A DNA stretch of 64,000 nt from positions 1 to 64,000 of IMG/VR virus record IMGVR_UViG_2893071988_000005; one strand, 5' to 3'. Numbering within the stretch: position 1 is the first letter of the stretch; each line of letters begins with the position of its first letter. This stretch comes from a virus (taxonomy: Duplodnaviria > Caudoviricetes). The position numbers and the translations under genes were made by a program. Below the pieces are notes generated by a model. That model was not told the origin of the DNA, did no database searches, and saw only the letters and a program-made list of their open reading frames with translations. This document shows, one piece after another, positions 8,987 through 17,946 of the stretch.

Positions 8987-10112
8987 AGGTGGCTCCGCGA
9001 TTGTAGGAGGGCAGGGACTGGGCATCGAGCAGGCGTGGCACCTTCGGCGCCGGCGTCCACAGTTGGTCGGCGCCCTGGGTGGTGACGTGGTGGTGGTAGG
9101 TGTCGAGCGCAGCACGGGCGATGTCGTTGCCGTGGTTGATCAGCGCGCTGTAGATGTCGGTGGCGAGGATGACGGGGATCATCCCGTTGTCGCGGCGCAT
9201 CATCACCCACACCCACATGAACGCGTGCTTGGGGGCACCGAGGAAATCACGGAGGAATCCGTCCTCGCAGTCACCGAAGACCTGCCCGTTCGCTGCGAGG
9301 AGGCGGGCCGCGTCGATCGCATCGCGATAGTAGCCAGCCTGCACGTCATAGAATTCGTCGTATACCTTGCGAACGCCACCTTCCTCGTCGGTACCGGAGC
9401 GGAACGTCGTGAAGGATTTCAGGTCGACCACCATCGAGTAAGGGCGGCCACCGGTCATGGGGATGGCGTAGTCGAGGCGTGCCTTGCGCCGGATACCGCG
9501 CTCGTCGGTGTAGAAGATCGAAAGTTCTGCCGCGCCGTCGATCAAAGATCCTGCCGTCATCACGGCCGACAGGGATGGGTCGCGCGCCATATTGGAGACG
9601 GCGTCCTCGATCTCGATCAACTGCGCCTTGGAGACATCCTCGTGCTTCGGGTGGGCGTCCCACCAGGCGCTGACCACGTCGTCGAAGAGCCGCGGGCAAC
9701 CATCGATCTCCTGGGCGCGGGCGAAAACCTCAGCCTTGGAGCCGCTCACCTTCATCCCGTGTTCCTTGAGAAAGGCGCGGATCTGGTCGGAATTGTGGAA
9801 GTAGGCGGGGTAGGGGTAGTCGGCCGGAGACGGAGGTTCGGCATACCGCTCGTCGAACTCTCCCTTGCCTTCCAGCACGCGGCAATGGAAGGCGCGGCCC
9901 CACTTCAGGTGCTCCGGCTCGCGCTCCGTATCCTTCGGGCGGATGCGATCGCGCTGCCACTTGTACGGTTTCGTCGCGAGGCCCTTGATGGACGTCGAGC
10001 CGAGGGCCTTATCGGAGTGGTAGATGTCTTCGGCCAGGCCGAAATAGATACCGTCGGGGAGGCAATACGAGCCGTCCTCCTTCCGGTACATGTCGAGATG
10101 GATTCCGCGCAT
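8964..10112 (-). CDS. RecE/exonuclease VIII-like PD-(D/E)XK nuclease
   Basis: 'YHSDKALGSTSIK', 'WGRAFH', 'KARLDY', 'VDLKS', 'YDVQAGYY'; upstream of recT. Confidence 0.8.
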   Translation of the reverse strand: MRGIHLDMYRKEDGSYCLPDGIYFGLAEDIYHSDKALGSTSIKGLATKPYKWQRDRIRPKDTEREPEHLKWGRAFHCRVLEGKGEFDERYAEPPSPADYPYPAYFHNSDQIRAFLKEHGMKVSGSKAEVFARAQEIDGCPRLFDDVVSAWWDAHPKHEDVSKAQLIEIEDAVSNMARDPSLSAVMTAGSLIDGAAELSIFYTDERGIRRKARLDYAIPMTGGRPYSMVVDLKSFTTFRSGTDEEGGVRKVYDEFYDVQAGYYRDAIDAARLLAANGQVFGDCEDGFLRDFLGAPKHAFMWVWVMMRRDNGMIPVILATDIYSALINHGNDIARAALDTYHHHVTTQGADQLWTPAPKVPRLLDAQSLPSYNRGATYEQPADR

Positions 10113-10120
10113 GGCTGTCC

Positions 10121-10531
10121 TCACGCTGAAAGTTGATAATAGATGGCGAACTGGGTGGCGCCGGCCCGCGCCATGAGCGCGTGCATCCGGTCGTTGGTGG
10201 GCATCGTGCCGAGCTTGACGGAGGTGTGCCCCTTCTGTCGGGCGATCTCCGCGCAACGCGAGACGATGAGGCTGCCGATGCCCTGACGACGGGCTTCCGG
10301 CTTCACGTAGAGCAGGTAGAGAAACTCGCAGTGCCACTGCGGTGCCTCATAGTGGACGCCGAAGCCGATCATGCGGTCGCCGTCGGTAACCACGGTCACC
10401 TGCATGTCCGCATTCGGCTCGAGGGCATCGATCTCGCGCGGCGGCGCCCAGTCGCCTCGACCAGCGCGGAAAAGGGCGCTGATCTCCTCGGCGAAGCGGC
10501 ATTGGTTGAACCATTCGGTCGTGACCTTCAT
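10121..10531 (-). CDS. GNAT-family acetyltransferase
   Basis: 'LYVKPEARRQGIGSLI' acetyl-CoA motif A. Confidence 0.85.
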   Translation of the reverse strand: MKVTTEWFNQCRFAEEISALFRAGRGDWAPPREIDALEPNADMQVTVVTDGDRMIGFGVHYEAPQWHCEFLYLLYVKPEARRQGIGSLIVSRCAEIARQKGHTSVKLGTMPTNDRMHALMARAGATQFAIYYQLSA

Positions 10532-10534
10532 CGC

Positions 10535-10861
10535 TCAGGCCTCCGTCTCTTCGCCGGCAGGCTCCGGCGGAATAACCGCGTCCGGTGTCGTGCGATCGAT
10601 GAGATCGGCGAGCGCGCGGAGCGTCGAGGAGCATTCGCGAGCCTTGTCGGCGTGCGCGGCGATGGAGGCGTTGTAGCGGAAGACACCCTGGACATTCAGG
10701 ACCGTGCCGATGGGCAGGCGCGCGGTATCCGATGCCGGGATGGCGCGTTTGAATTTCCGCCAGCCCTCGGAGTAGGTATTGGTGTGGCCGGTAGCGATGG
10801 CTAGCTCGTCCTCGGTTGCTGAGATGAGGTAGCCCTTGTCGGTGTTGCCGATGATCTGCAT
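10535..10861 (-). CDS. Hypothetical phage protein
   Basis: MQIIGNTDKGYLISATEDEL... with GGAG RBS. Confidence 0.6.
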   Translation of the reverse strand: MQIIGNTDKGYLISATEDELAIATGHTNTYSEGWRKFKRAIPASDTARLPIGTVLNVQGVFRYNASIAAHADKARECSSTLRALADLIDRTTPDAVIPPEPAGEETEA

Positions 10862-10866
10862 GGCGC

Positions 10867-12189
10867 CTACTCCGCTGCTTCGCGGTGCGCCGCGACCATG
10901 CCGTCTTCGATAACGATGGCAGTGGGGCGGGAGGATTCGACGGTCTCGACCCAGATCTGCATGTCCTTCTCGTCGGCGAAGGCCGAGAGCGCCTGCCACG
11001 CCTCGCTGTCAAGGATCGAGCCGTCGCGGACACGAAGCACACGGAGGCTCGGGTTCGCGGCGGCGGCGACGGCGATCGAAGCCCTGAGCCGGCGAGCATC
11101 CGAGGCCTGCGCGAACGGGTGGCCGTCGAGCAGAACGTCGGTCTCCGTTAATTCGAGACCTTCGAGAGCGAGGTCCGCCTTCGCGATGGCGGCGCGGGCC
11201 TCATTGGTGCGCTTGGTGATCGCGTCGGAAAGCTCCTGCGATTCCTCGGTGAGCACCTTGATTTCGTCGCGGGTTTCTCGCGCCTCGATCTTTCGCCGCA
11301 CATTGGCGTTGACGGCCTCGACGCTCGTGGTTCGGTCGCGGATGGCGTCGATATCGACTGTCTCCGGCGCCGCCTGCTCAAGGTGAGCGGCAAGCGCCCC
11401 TTCCGCTTCCTCGATGTGGCCGCGCTTTTCCTGCAGGATGCGTCGTGCTGTCTCCAGCTTTTCTGCGAGGTCAGCCACCTGCCGCTGCTGCGCGTCCGCG
11501 CTTTCCTTCGCGAAGTCGACGTCCGCCGTAAGCTTGCTGGTGGTGGCGTGGAAGCGCTCGACCAACTTGTTCTTGTCGATCCCTTCCTGCATCTCGGCCA
11601 TGAGGTCGGACAAGCTGATGGGCTGGTCCGGCGTGTCATCCGGGAATTTCAGGCTTTCGAGCCTGCCTTCATTGTCGCGGATGATCCGGTTGATGCCCTG
11701 CCGCTTCTGGAAGTCGGCCTGGTTCTGCTTGTCGTGAGCTTCGAAATCGAAGTCCGGAACGAGGCCCCGGAGCGCCATGATCTGGTCCGCGGGCTTCATG
11801 CGCGAGAACGCGACGGGATCGAAGGAGAGGGCGCCGATCAGCTTGTTGAGCACGTCCTGCGGATCGGATGCCCGGAACCCATCTTCGCCCTCAACGACGA
11901 GGGAGGTCGTGAAGTCGCCATCGGGCTTCCGCTTGAACCGACGGGTGACGGTGTATTTCTCGACGCCGTTGTCGCCGAGCTTGATCTGGATGGTAGCCTT
12001 CTCCTCGCCCGCCCGGATCGGATCCTTGTCGATGGGCTTCTTCCCGGAGAAGCACCACCAGATGGAATCGAGGATGGAGGATTTACCCTGCTCGTTCTTG
12101 CCGGTGAGTTCGATCACGTTGCCCTTCGGGTCAATTTTGACCGCACGGATGCGCTTGATCGCCTCGGCCTGGAAACCGATGATCTTCAT
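10867..12189 (-). CDS. SMC/Rad50-like ATPase with coiled coil
   Basis: Walker A 'GKNEQGKSS', central coiled coil, C-terminal 'QASDA...VRDGSILD'. Confidence 0.85.
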   Translation of the reverse strand: MKIIGFQAEAIKRIRAVKIDPKGNVIELTGKNEQGKSSILDSIWWCFSGKKPIDKDPIRAGEEKATIQIKLGDNGVEKYTVTRRFKRKPDGDFTTSLVVEGEDGFRASDPQDVLNKLIGALSFDPVAFSRMKPADQIMALRGLVPDFDFEAHDKQNQADFQKRQGINRIIRDNEGRLESLKFPDDTPDQPISLSDLMAEMQEGIDKNKLVERFHATTSKLTADVDFAKESADAQQRQVADLAEKLETARRILQEKRGHIEEAEGALAAHLEQAAPETVDIDAIRDRTTSVEAVNANVRRKIEARETRDEIKVLTEESQELSDAITKRTNEARAAIAKADLALEGLELTETDVLLDGHPFAQASDARRLRASIAVAAAANPSLRVLRVRDGSILDSEAWQALSAFADEKDMQIWVETVESSRPTAIVIEDGMVAAHREAAE

Positions 12190-12215
12190 GAACTGTCCTA
12201 TCTTGTTGCTTGTTC

Positions 12216-12407
12216 TCAGGCGGCCGAGAAGTAGTGCCCGAACTGGCGTCGCAGGGTCGCAACGCCCGCCTCATCAATGAGGCGCTGCTGCTCAGCGGTC
12301 AGGGATTTCCCGGCGTGCCATGCTGCAAATGCAGCGATGATCGCCTGCTTCTCTGCCACTGGTTTTTCAGAAGCTATGCCCATGCTTCGAACCACCGATT
12401 TCATCAA
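12216..12407 (-). CDS. Small hypothetical protein, first gene of the left operon
   Basis: 63 aa ORF just downstream of the predicted PL promoter; start uncertain. Confidence 0.4.
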   Translation of the reverse strand: MMKSVVRSMGIASEKPVAEKQAIIAAFAAWHAGKSLTAEQQRLIDEAGVATLRRQFGHYFSAA

Positions 12408-12418
12408 CCACGATGAAG

Positions 12419-12447
12419 ACGATACATAGCGTATCGATACAGGTCAA
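12419..12447 (-). promoter_or_regulatory. PL-like promoter with overlapping operator
   Basis: Minus strand TTGACC-N17-TATCGT; palindrome GATAC-ATAGC-GTATC at 12421-12435. Confidence 0.7.
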
Positions 12448-12499
12448 TACGAAATGAATAAAAAATTCAGCAGTTGACGCGATGCGTATCGACGGAGCA

Positions 12500-12537
12500 T
12501 AAAAACGAAAACCCCGGCCTGGGCAAAGGCCGGGGTT
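12500..12537 (-). terminator. Intrinsic terminator downstream of cI
   Basis: Minus strand AACCCCGGCCT-loop-AGGCCGGGGTT followed by TTCGTTTTT. Confidence 0.7.
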
Positions 12538-12941
12538 ATAAGGGATCGGAAGGTTGAATGACGATGGCGATCCCGCGCTGTATCAGCGTATTTTCCATAC
12601 CATCGGGCGCGACAGAATGGAAGGCCCACTCCGAAATCTCGAAGGGCTTGTCGCCGTTACCCGCCCAGGGGTGACGAAGAAGTGCGAGAAACTGACGGCG
12701 CTGGGTGCGATCGTCAGGTCTATGTGACGAGCGGCTCGGTCGGTAAGGTCACCTAGACTTGGGAGCTAACCCCGGATGCTTTTGAAGCACGGGGCTTAGT
12801 CCTCCTATGTCTAAGCTCTAAGCTCTCCATCGGTAAGACTTTAAGAATATACATTCAACAATAAGGGTTTAACGGAAACTATAGGTGTATAGGAGAGACG
12901 ATACGTTGTGCATCATCTCTCCATTGTGGGTTGTCCTTCAC

Positions 12942-13652
12942 TCATAGCCGGCCGATCTTTCCTTTGACCCGTCCAACAATACGAAGATAGGACGGGGATA
13001 CCTCATAGGTTGCGTATTGCGGATTGCGGGAACTTACGCGAATCGTTCCTTCGGCTTTGCGGTCAGTCATCGAGTGCGTGACCTCCAGATGATTGATGAC
13101 GAGCCCGGTGCCGTCATGAACGAGGAACAATCCCGGCGGTGAAGGGCGGCGGTCGCTGGCATCGATGATGACGCGGTCGCCAGGTTGGATTGTGGTCGCA
13201 AGCCCCGGCTGGCTCGGATCGAACTGAGAATCGCTCTGATAGGTGAACACCCACGCGTGCGCCGGTTTTACCCGTAGCATCCCGGCCAGAAAGTCCTCCG
13301 GCAGTTGCCATCGCGCAATCGCTACCGCGCCCGGCGCGACACCACGCTCATTCGGGAGGTCGTCAACATCAACCAGCGGATCGAGTTCCGGGGTGCCGTT
13401 TGTCGGCCAAGAGCTATCCTCGAATTCGATCCCCGGTTGTTGTTCATCCCCGAGCAGAAGGTGCTCCGGAGGAACATTAAACTTCGCAGCGTATAACAGC
13501 GCGTCATTCGTATCGAATTGGCGACCGCCATTTTCATGCGCTGTGTACGTTACCGGATTTTTTCCGAGGGCCCGCGCGGCGTGCTGAGCGCTCTTAAAAC
13601 CAGCATTCTTCCTTGCAATCCTGAGCCTTTCGGCCGCTGTATTGTTCTTCAT
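12942..13652 (-). CDS. CI-like repressor (XRE HTH plus S24-like domain)
   Basis: 'RLRIARKNAGFKSAQHAARALG...YTAHENG' and C-terminal 'IQPGDRVIID...IVGRV'; divergent from a Cro-like gene. Confidence 0.88.
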   Translation of the reverse strand: MKNNTAAERLRIARKNAGFKSAQHAARALGKNPVTYTAHENGGRQFDTNDALLYAAKFNVPPEHLLLGDEQQPGIEFEDSSWPTNGTPELDPLVDVDDLPNERGVAPGAVAIARWQLPEDFLAGMLRVKPAHAWVFTYQSDSQFDPSQPGLATTIQPGDRVIIDASDRRPSPPGLFLVHDGTGLVINHLEVTHSMTDRKAEGTIRVSSRNPQYATYEVSPSYLRIVGRVKGKIGRL

Positions 13653-13689
13653 CGGCGATACTCCTTTCCTTTTTGTACCCTACTTGAGC

Positions 13690-13738
13690 GATACGTGTCG
13701 TATTATTTCGTTGCCAAAATCGACACGTTATGTATCAT
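13690..13738 (+). promoter_or_regulatory. PR-like promoter with two operators
   Basis: GATAC-N5-GTATT (13690), GACAC-N5-GTATC (13722); TTGCCA-N16-TATCAT. Confidence 0.65.
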
Positions 13739-13770
13739 GTGCGTATTTCCAAATCGTGAATGGAGACCAC

Positions 13771-14121
13771 ATGAAAACCCCGCGCCGGCCGAAGCCGAAC
13801 GGAGCAATCCCCATCCTCACGGCGGAGGACGGCAGCCAGTTCAAACTCACTTCCGATCAAGTGTGGTTTGTCCGCCAGTGCCTCCGCCTCTCCCAGCGCA
13901 ATCTCGGCCGTCGTCTTGCGACATCGCAGCCGAGCATCCTGCGCCTGGAGAATAAGGACCCCGCCGACCCCGGCGCACTTCATGACGGCCCGGCCGTAAT
14001 CCTGCTGTGCGGTATCGCCAAGCAGGAGGGCATTGAGCTTCCGGCGGTGCCAGTCTTCGACCGCGAAAGCGAGGCGATCAAGCGGCTGATTACCAAGCAC
14101 ACGGAGGCTGCCGCAGCATGA
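13771..14121 (+). CDS. Cro-like XRE HTH protein
   Basis: 'RQCLRLSQRNLGRRLATSQPSILRLE'; GGAG RBS. Confidence 0.78.
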   Translation: MKTPRRPKPNGAIPILTAEDGSQFKLTSDQVWFVRQCLRLSQRNLGRRLATSQPSILRLENKDPADPGALHDGPAVILLCGIAKQEGIELPAVPVFDRESEAIKRLITKHTEAAAA

Positions 14122-14468
14122 GCCGAACTGGCAGGCCGCGCGGATCATTCTGGACCAAAGAGCGCGACGAAGAACTTTTGCGGGTTTCGCAGGAGCTAAA
14201 GGGGCAGGCGCTCGCCAACCATTTTGGACTGACCTCGTCCTATTGCCGGTACCGTCTCCGGCAGCTCCGGAACCATATCCCGTCTGCCCGCCCGGCATTG
14301 CTCAAGCCGGAGCCAGCGCCCGTCGATCACTCTGTTGAGGGCCGCGTCCGCGCCGCCGCCGACTATCGCCGGGGCTTCTCCGTGCCGCCCGAAAAGCAGG
14401 CGGAATACATCGAACTTCTCAAGACAGGCATCCCGGTCGCGGAAGCGCGCCGGCGCCTCGCCCTCTAA
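14118..14468 (+). CDS. HTH protein (GcrA-like N-terminus)
   Basis: 'WTKERDEELLR...LANHFG'; ATGA-coupled. Confidence 0.55.
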   Translation: MSRTGRPRGSFWTKERDEELLRVSQELKGQALANHFGLTSSYCRYRLRQLRNHIPSARPALLKPEPAPVDHSVEGRVRAAADYRRGFSVPPEKQAEYIELLKTGIPVAEARRRLAL

Positions 14469-14480
14469 CCGAAAGGGAGC

Positions 14481-14960
14481 ATGAATATGGCAGGTGCAGA
14501 GCATAATTCGCAGGAGATCTATGAGGATCAGCAGTTCCTCAAGGCCTTCACCCAGTTGAAGGAGCTCGAATCGAAGGGTGCCGGCATCCGGGCCGATCAG
14601 GGCGCCGTTTACAATCGCCTGAAGGATATCGGCTGGACGAAGAAGCACTTCGAGTATGCGAAGTGGCTTCAGGACAAGGATATCGGCGAAGTGCTCGCTG
14701 ACATCGAAATGAAGAAGCGCATCGCGTTGCTCATGGGGCACCCCGTTGGCCGTCAGCTGTCTCTGCTCGATGACGACCCTTACTCCGAGACGGAGAAGGC
14801 CTTCGAAGAAGGGTACACCGTTGGAAAGCTGCGGAAGGACAACCGTAATCCCTACGATGTCGGTTCGGACAAGGGGCAGGCCTGGCAGCGCGGGTTCAAC
14901 GATGGCACGTCCTTCATCAATCAGGAGCTTAAGGACGCCGTCGAGCAGGAAGGCGCCTGA
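14481..14960 (+). CDS. Phage protein with GapR-like N-terminus and Rmf-like C-terminus
   Basis: 'GAVYNRLKDIGW' helix; C-terminal 'AFEEGY...NPY...QAWQRGFNDG'. Confidence 0.55.
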   Translation: MNMAGAEHNSQEIYEDQQFLKAFTQLKELESKGAGIRADQGAVYNRLKDIGWTKKHFEYAKWLQDKDIGEVLADIEMKKRIALLMGHPVGRQLSLLDDDPYSETEKAFEEGYTVGKLRKDNRNPYDVGSDKGQAWQRGFNDGTSFINQELKDAVEQEGA

Positions 14961-14963
14961 TCT

Positions 14964-15346
14964 ATGTCTGGGTGGCACTATCGAGACCTGAGGCTCGAAA
15001 GAGCCTTTGACCGAGAGCAGCGCGCATCGGTGCTGCGGAAGCAGAACGGTCGCTGCAAGTACTGCCTCGACCGGCTGACCATGAAACAGGCAACGCGGGA
15101 CCATGTGATCCCGCGCTCCAAGGGCGGTCCAATCTCGACAGCAACATCGTCGTCGCATGCAGCCCGTGCAATCTGACGAAGGGCAGTCTTCCCGTGAAGC
15201 AGTTCCTCCGGCTGATCACATCCCCGCGCCCTGGGGAGCCGACGAAGTACCTTCTGATCTGGTGCCAACGCCGGCTGAACCTCGCGCTCGACCGCATGGA
15301 ACGCAACGTCATGCGGGCAATATGGGGGGCGAATTGGGAAAGCTGA
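14964..15346 (+). pseudogene. HNH endonuclease with a 1-bp frameshift
   Basis: 'CKYC...TRDHVIPRSKGG' continues as 'NLDSNIVVACSPCNLTKG...WES*' in the -1 frame after ~15130. Confidence 0.75.
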
Positions 15347-15915
15347 GAGAGCGCAACTCCCACATCTGGGAGCGCGGCGACCGGGATTGGTATGTGGAGC
15401 CGACCCGGTGCACTGAGCAGCTTTGCCAGCATGAGGATTTCGACGGGCCGGTTCACGATCCGTCGTGCGGTGGCGGCAATATCGTCACCGCCCTCCTGCG
15501 CTGCGGCTATCAGGCCACAGGCTCGGATGTCGTTGACCGGACGGGCGGTGCACCGTGGTTCACCGGCCTGAGCGACTTCCGCACCTGCCGGCGCAAGCGG
15601 GCCAACATTGTCATGAACCCGCCGTTCTTCCGCGGCGAGGGCACCGAGTTCTTCATCCGAAAGGCAATCTCGGTCACGAGCGGGAAGGTCTGCGCGTTCA
15701 CCGAGGCACGCTTCCTCTTCGGCGAGGGCCGGGCGACCGGCCTCTACCGCGACCACAAGCCGTCCCGCGTTCACTTCGTGACGCCGCGCCCGTCGTGCCC
15801 TCCCGGCGAGTTCCTTGAAGCCGGTGGCAAGGCCACTGGCGGCAACCCCGATTTCGTTTGGATCGTCTGGGACCGGCACGCGCCTACGGCCGACGGCCTC
15901 AACTGGCTTTCCTGA
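15322..15915 (+). CDS. DNA N6-adenine methyltransferase-like protein
   Basis: Motif I 'DPSCGGGNI', motif IV 'MNPPF'. Confidence 0.75.
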   Translation: MGGELGKLRERNSHIWERGDRDWYVEPTRCTEQLCQHEDFDGPVHDPSCGGGNIVTALLRCGYQATGSDVVDRTGGAPWFTGLSDFRTCRRKRANIVMNPPFFRGEGTEFFIRKAISVTSGKVCAFTEARFLFGEGRATGLYRDHKPSRVHFVTPRPSCPPGEFLEAGGKATGGNPDFVWIVWDRHAPTADGLNWLS

Positions 15916-15926
15916 CTGGAGCATCC

Positions 15927-16502
15927 ATGGACATCCCCGGATCCTACTTCGTCTTCGACCCAGGCCGGACATGCGGTTGGGCATCTTGTTTGCCCGGTGG
16001 CAAGAACCTTCGCCATGGCACTTGGCGCTTCCGGGACCCCAGTGCAGGCGCGACCTTCTTCGAATTCTCGCAGAGCCTGCGGCGCGTCCTCGCCGGCCTC
16101 CCAGACCCGCTTATCGGCATAGAGTTGATGACCATCGTCGGTCATGGCGAAGACAACAAGGTTGACGCGCAGCAGGTCCTTTTCTCTTCCGGGTGGACCT
16201 CAATTGCACAGACTGTCTGCCATTCGCTGGCGCTGCGCGAGCCTCAGCTGATCGCAATCCAGACGTGGCGTTCCAAGACGCACGGCAAGGTCTACACGCC
16301 GAAGAACCTGAACCTTGACCAGAACGCCCGGTCGAAATGGTTCAAGGTCGAAGCCAAGAAATACTGCGACCGCAACGGCTGGTCCTACAACACCGAGGAC
16401 GAGGCCGAAGCTCTGTGCATGCTCGACTACCTGCGCATCGAGCACGAGCCGACCTACGCCTTCGACAAGGGGCGATCCTATCAGCAGGAGAGCTTCCTCT
16501 GA
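15927..16502 (+). CDS. RuvC-like (RNase H fold) resolvase/nuclease
   Basis: 'FDPGRTCGWA', 'IGIE', 'QTWRS', 'DEAEAL'. Confidence 0.7.
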   Translation: MDIPGSYFVFDPGRTCGWASCLPGGKNLRHGTWRFRDPSAGATFFEFSQSLRRVLAGLPDPLIGIELMTIVGHGEDNKVDAQQVLFSSGWTSIAQTVCHSLALREPQLIAIQTWRSKTHGKVYTPKNLNLDQNARSKWFKVEAKKYCDRNGWSYNTEDEAEALCMLDYLRIEHEPTYAFDKGRSYQQESFL

Positions 16503-16819
16503 TGGCGCGTTTTGAACCCAGGGAGATTGTCGATCAGGCAACAGGATGGCTCGAACTGCGCCAGATGGATCTCGATGACCCCAACGCCCTGCTTCCGCGC
16601 GGAGCGGTGCTGCTCTGCGAGGCAGGGCACGCTGCAGCGGTAGTCGAAAATTCCATGGTGGCCGGCCAGATGACCAAAGCTTGCGACTTTGCGCCGTTGC
16701 AAGCCGGAATGCGTTTCCGGGATGGGGAGCGGTTCCCTCTTTGCCGATGTGGGGCGCGCCTTGTCCGGCTTGATGACCATGGCTGGAGCCTGAACATCCA
16801 AGGCAAAGGCTGGACCTGA
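16502..16819 (+). CDS. Hypothetical Zn-binding protein
   Basis: TGATG-coupled; 'CEAGH...CRCG'. Confidence 0.55.
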   Translation: MARFEPREIVDQATGWLELRQMDLDDPNALLPRGAVLLCEAGHAAAVVENSMVAGQMTKACDFAPLQAGMRFRDGERFPLCRCGARLVRLDDHGWSLNIQGKGWT

Positions 16820-17946
16820 TGCGTTTCTCCGATCAGTTTCTTGCCGACCTCCGGGACCGTGTGTCGATTGCCGATGTCGTTGGGACACGGGTGGCGTGGG
16901 ACCGGAAGAAGACGAACGTCTCGCGTGGCGATTACTGGGGCTGCTGCCCGTTCCATGGCGAAAGCCGGCCGTCCTTCCACTGCGAGGTTCGGAAGGGCCG
17001 ATACCATTGCTTCGGCTGCGGCGCGAGCGGCGATCACTTCCGGTTCCTAACCGAGCTTGACGGCGTGTCGTTTCCACGGGCGGTCGAAATAGTTGCATCC
17101 CTCGCCGGCGTTTCGCTGCCGGGCGGTCGAGAAGAATCAGCGGCCGAGAAGCGCAAGCGAGAGGCGGCGGAGCAGCGGCGCAAGGTGGACGCGGACCGCC
17201 GCGCCGCCGATCAGCGCCGGGAGGAAGAAGAGAAGGCTGATAACGCGCGGTGGCTCTGGAAGGCCGCCCAGCCGATCGCCGGCACCCTTGCGGAAACCTA
17301 CCTGAACGGCCGCTCCATTGAGCTTTCCGACCTCCGGGTGCCCGTGTGGCCGCAATCGCTCCGGTTTCACCCCGGGCTCCTGATGCCCACCAACCAAGAC
17401 ATCCCGCTCGAATTCCATCGGCGGCGCTTCCCGGCTCTGATCGGCGCAGTCCAGGCGCCGGATCGCCGTGTCACCGCCGTCTGGCGCATCTTCCTCTCGG
17501 CCGAGGGGCAGGCCCTGACGAACGCGGACGGAAAAAAGATCAAGCTTGGCTTCGGCCCTGCGTCGGGCGGCGCGGTGCGGCTCGGGCCGGTCACCGAAAC
17601 GCTGCGTCTCGCCGAGGGCATTGAGACCGCGACCGCCGTCATGGCGCTCCTCCAATCCGAAGCATCCGTCTGGGCGACCTTGTCGACCTCAGGAATGCAG
17701 AATTTTCAGATCCCGGCCGGCGTTCGCCGTCTGCAGATCTATGCCGATGGCGACCACCACCGGCTCAACAAGCGCACCGGCGACGTGATGACGCCGCCGG
17801 GCATCCGGGCAGCAGAAACTCTCCAGTCGCGGGCAAGGGCCGTTGGCGTCGAGGTAGGCATCTACCCGTCGCCGGCCCCCGACGATTGGCTTGATGTGTG
17901 GCAGACAGCAAAGAAGAAGCGGGATGACGAACAGCGTTATTGGTAA
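16819..17946 (+). CDS. DNA primase (CHC2 zinc finger plus Toprim)
   Basis: 'CCPFHGESRPSF...CFGCGASGD', 'AEGIET', 'YADGD', 'DDWLD'. Confidence 0.9.
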   Translation: MRFSDQFLADLRDRVSIADVVGTRVAWDRKKTNVSRGDYWGCCPFHGESRPSFHCEVRKGRYHCFGCGASGDHFRFLTELDGVSFPRAVEIVASLAGVSLPGGREESAAEKRKREAAEQRRKVDADRRAADQRREEEEKADNARWLWKAAQPIAGTLAETYLNGRSIELSDLRVPVWPQSLRFHPGLLMPTNQDIPLEFHRRRFPALIGAVQAPDRRVTAVWRIFLSAEGQALTNADGKKIKLGFGPASGGAVRLGPVTETLRLAEGIETATAVMALLQSEASVWATLSTSGMQNFQIPAGVRRLQIYADGDHHRLNKRTGDVMTPPGIRAAETLQSRARAVGVEVGIYPSPAPDDWLDVWQTAKKKRDDEQRYW

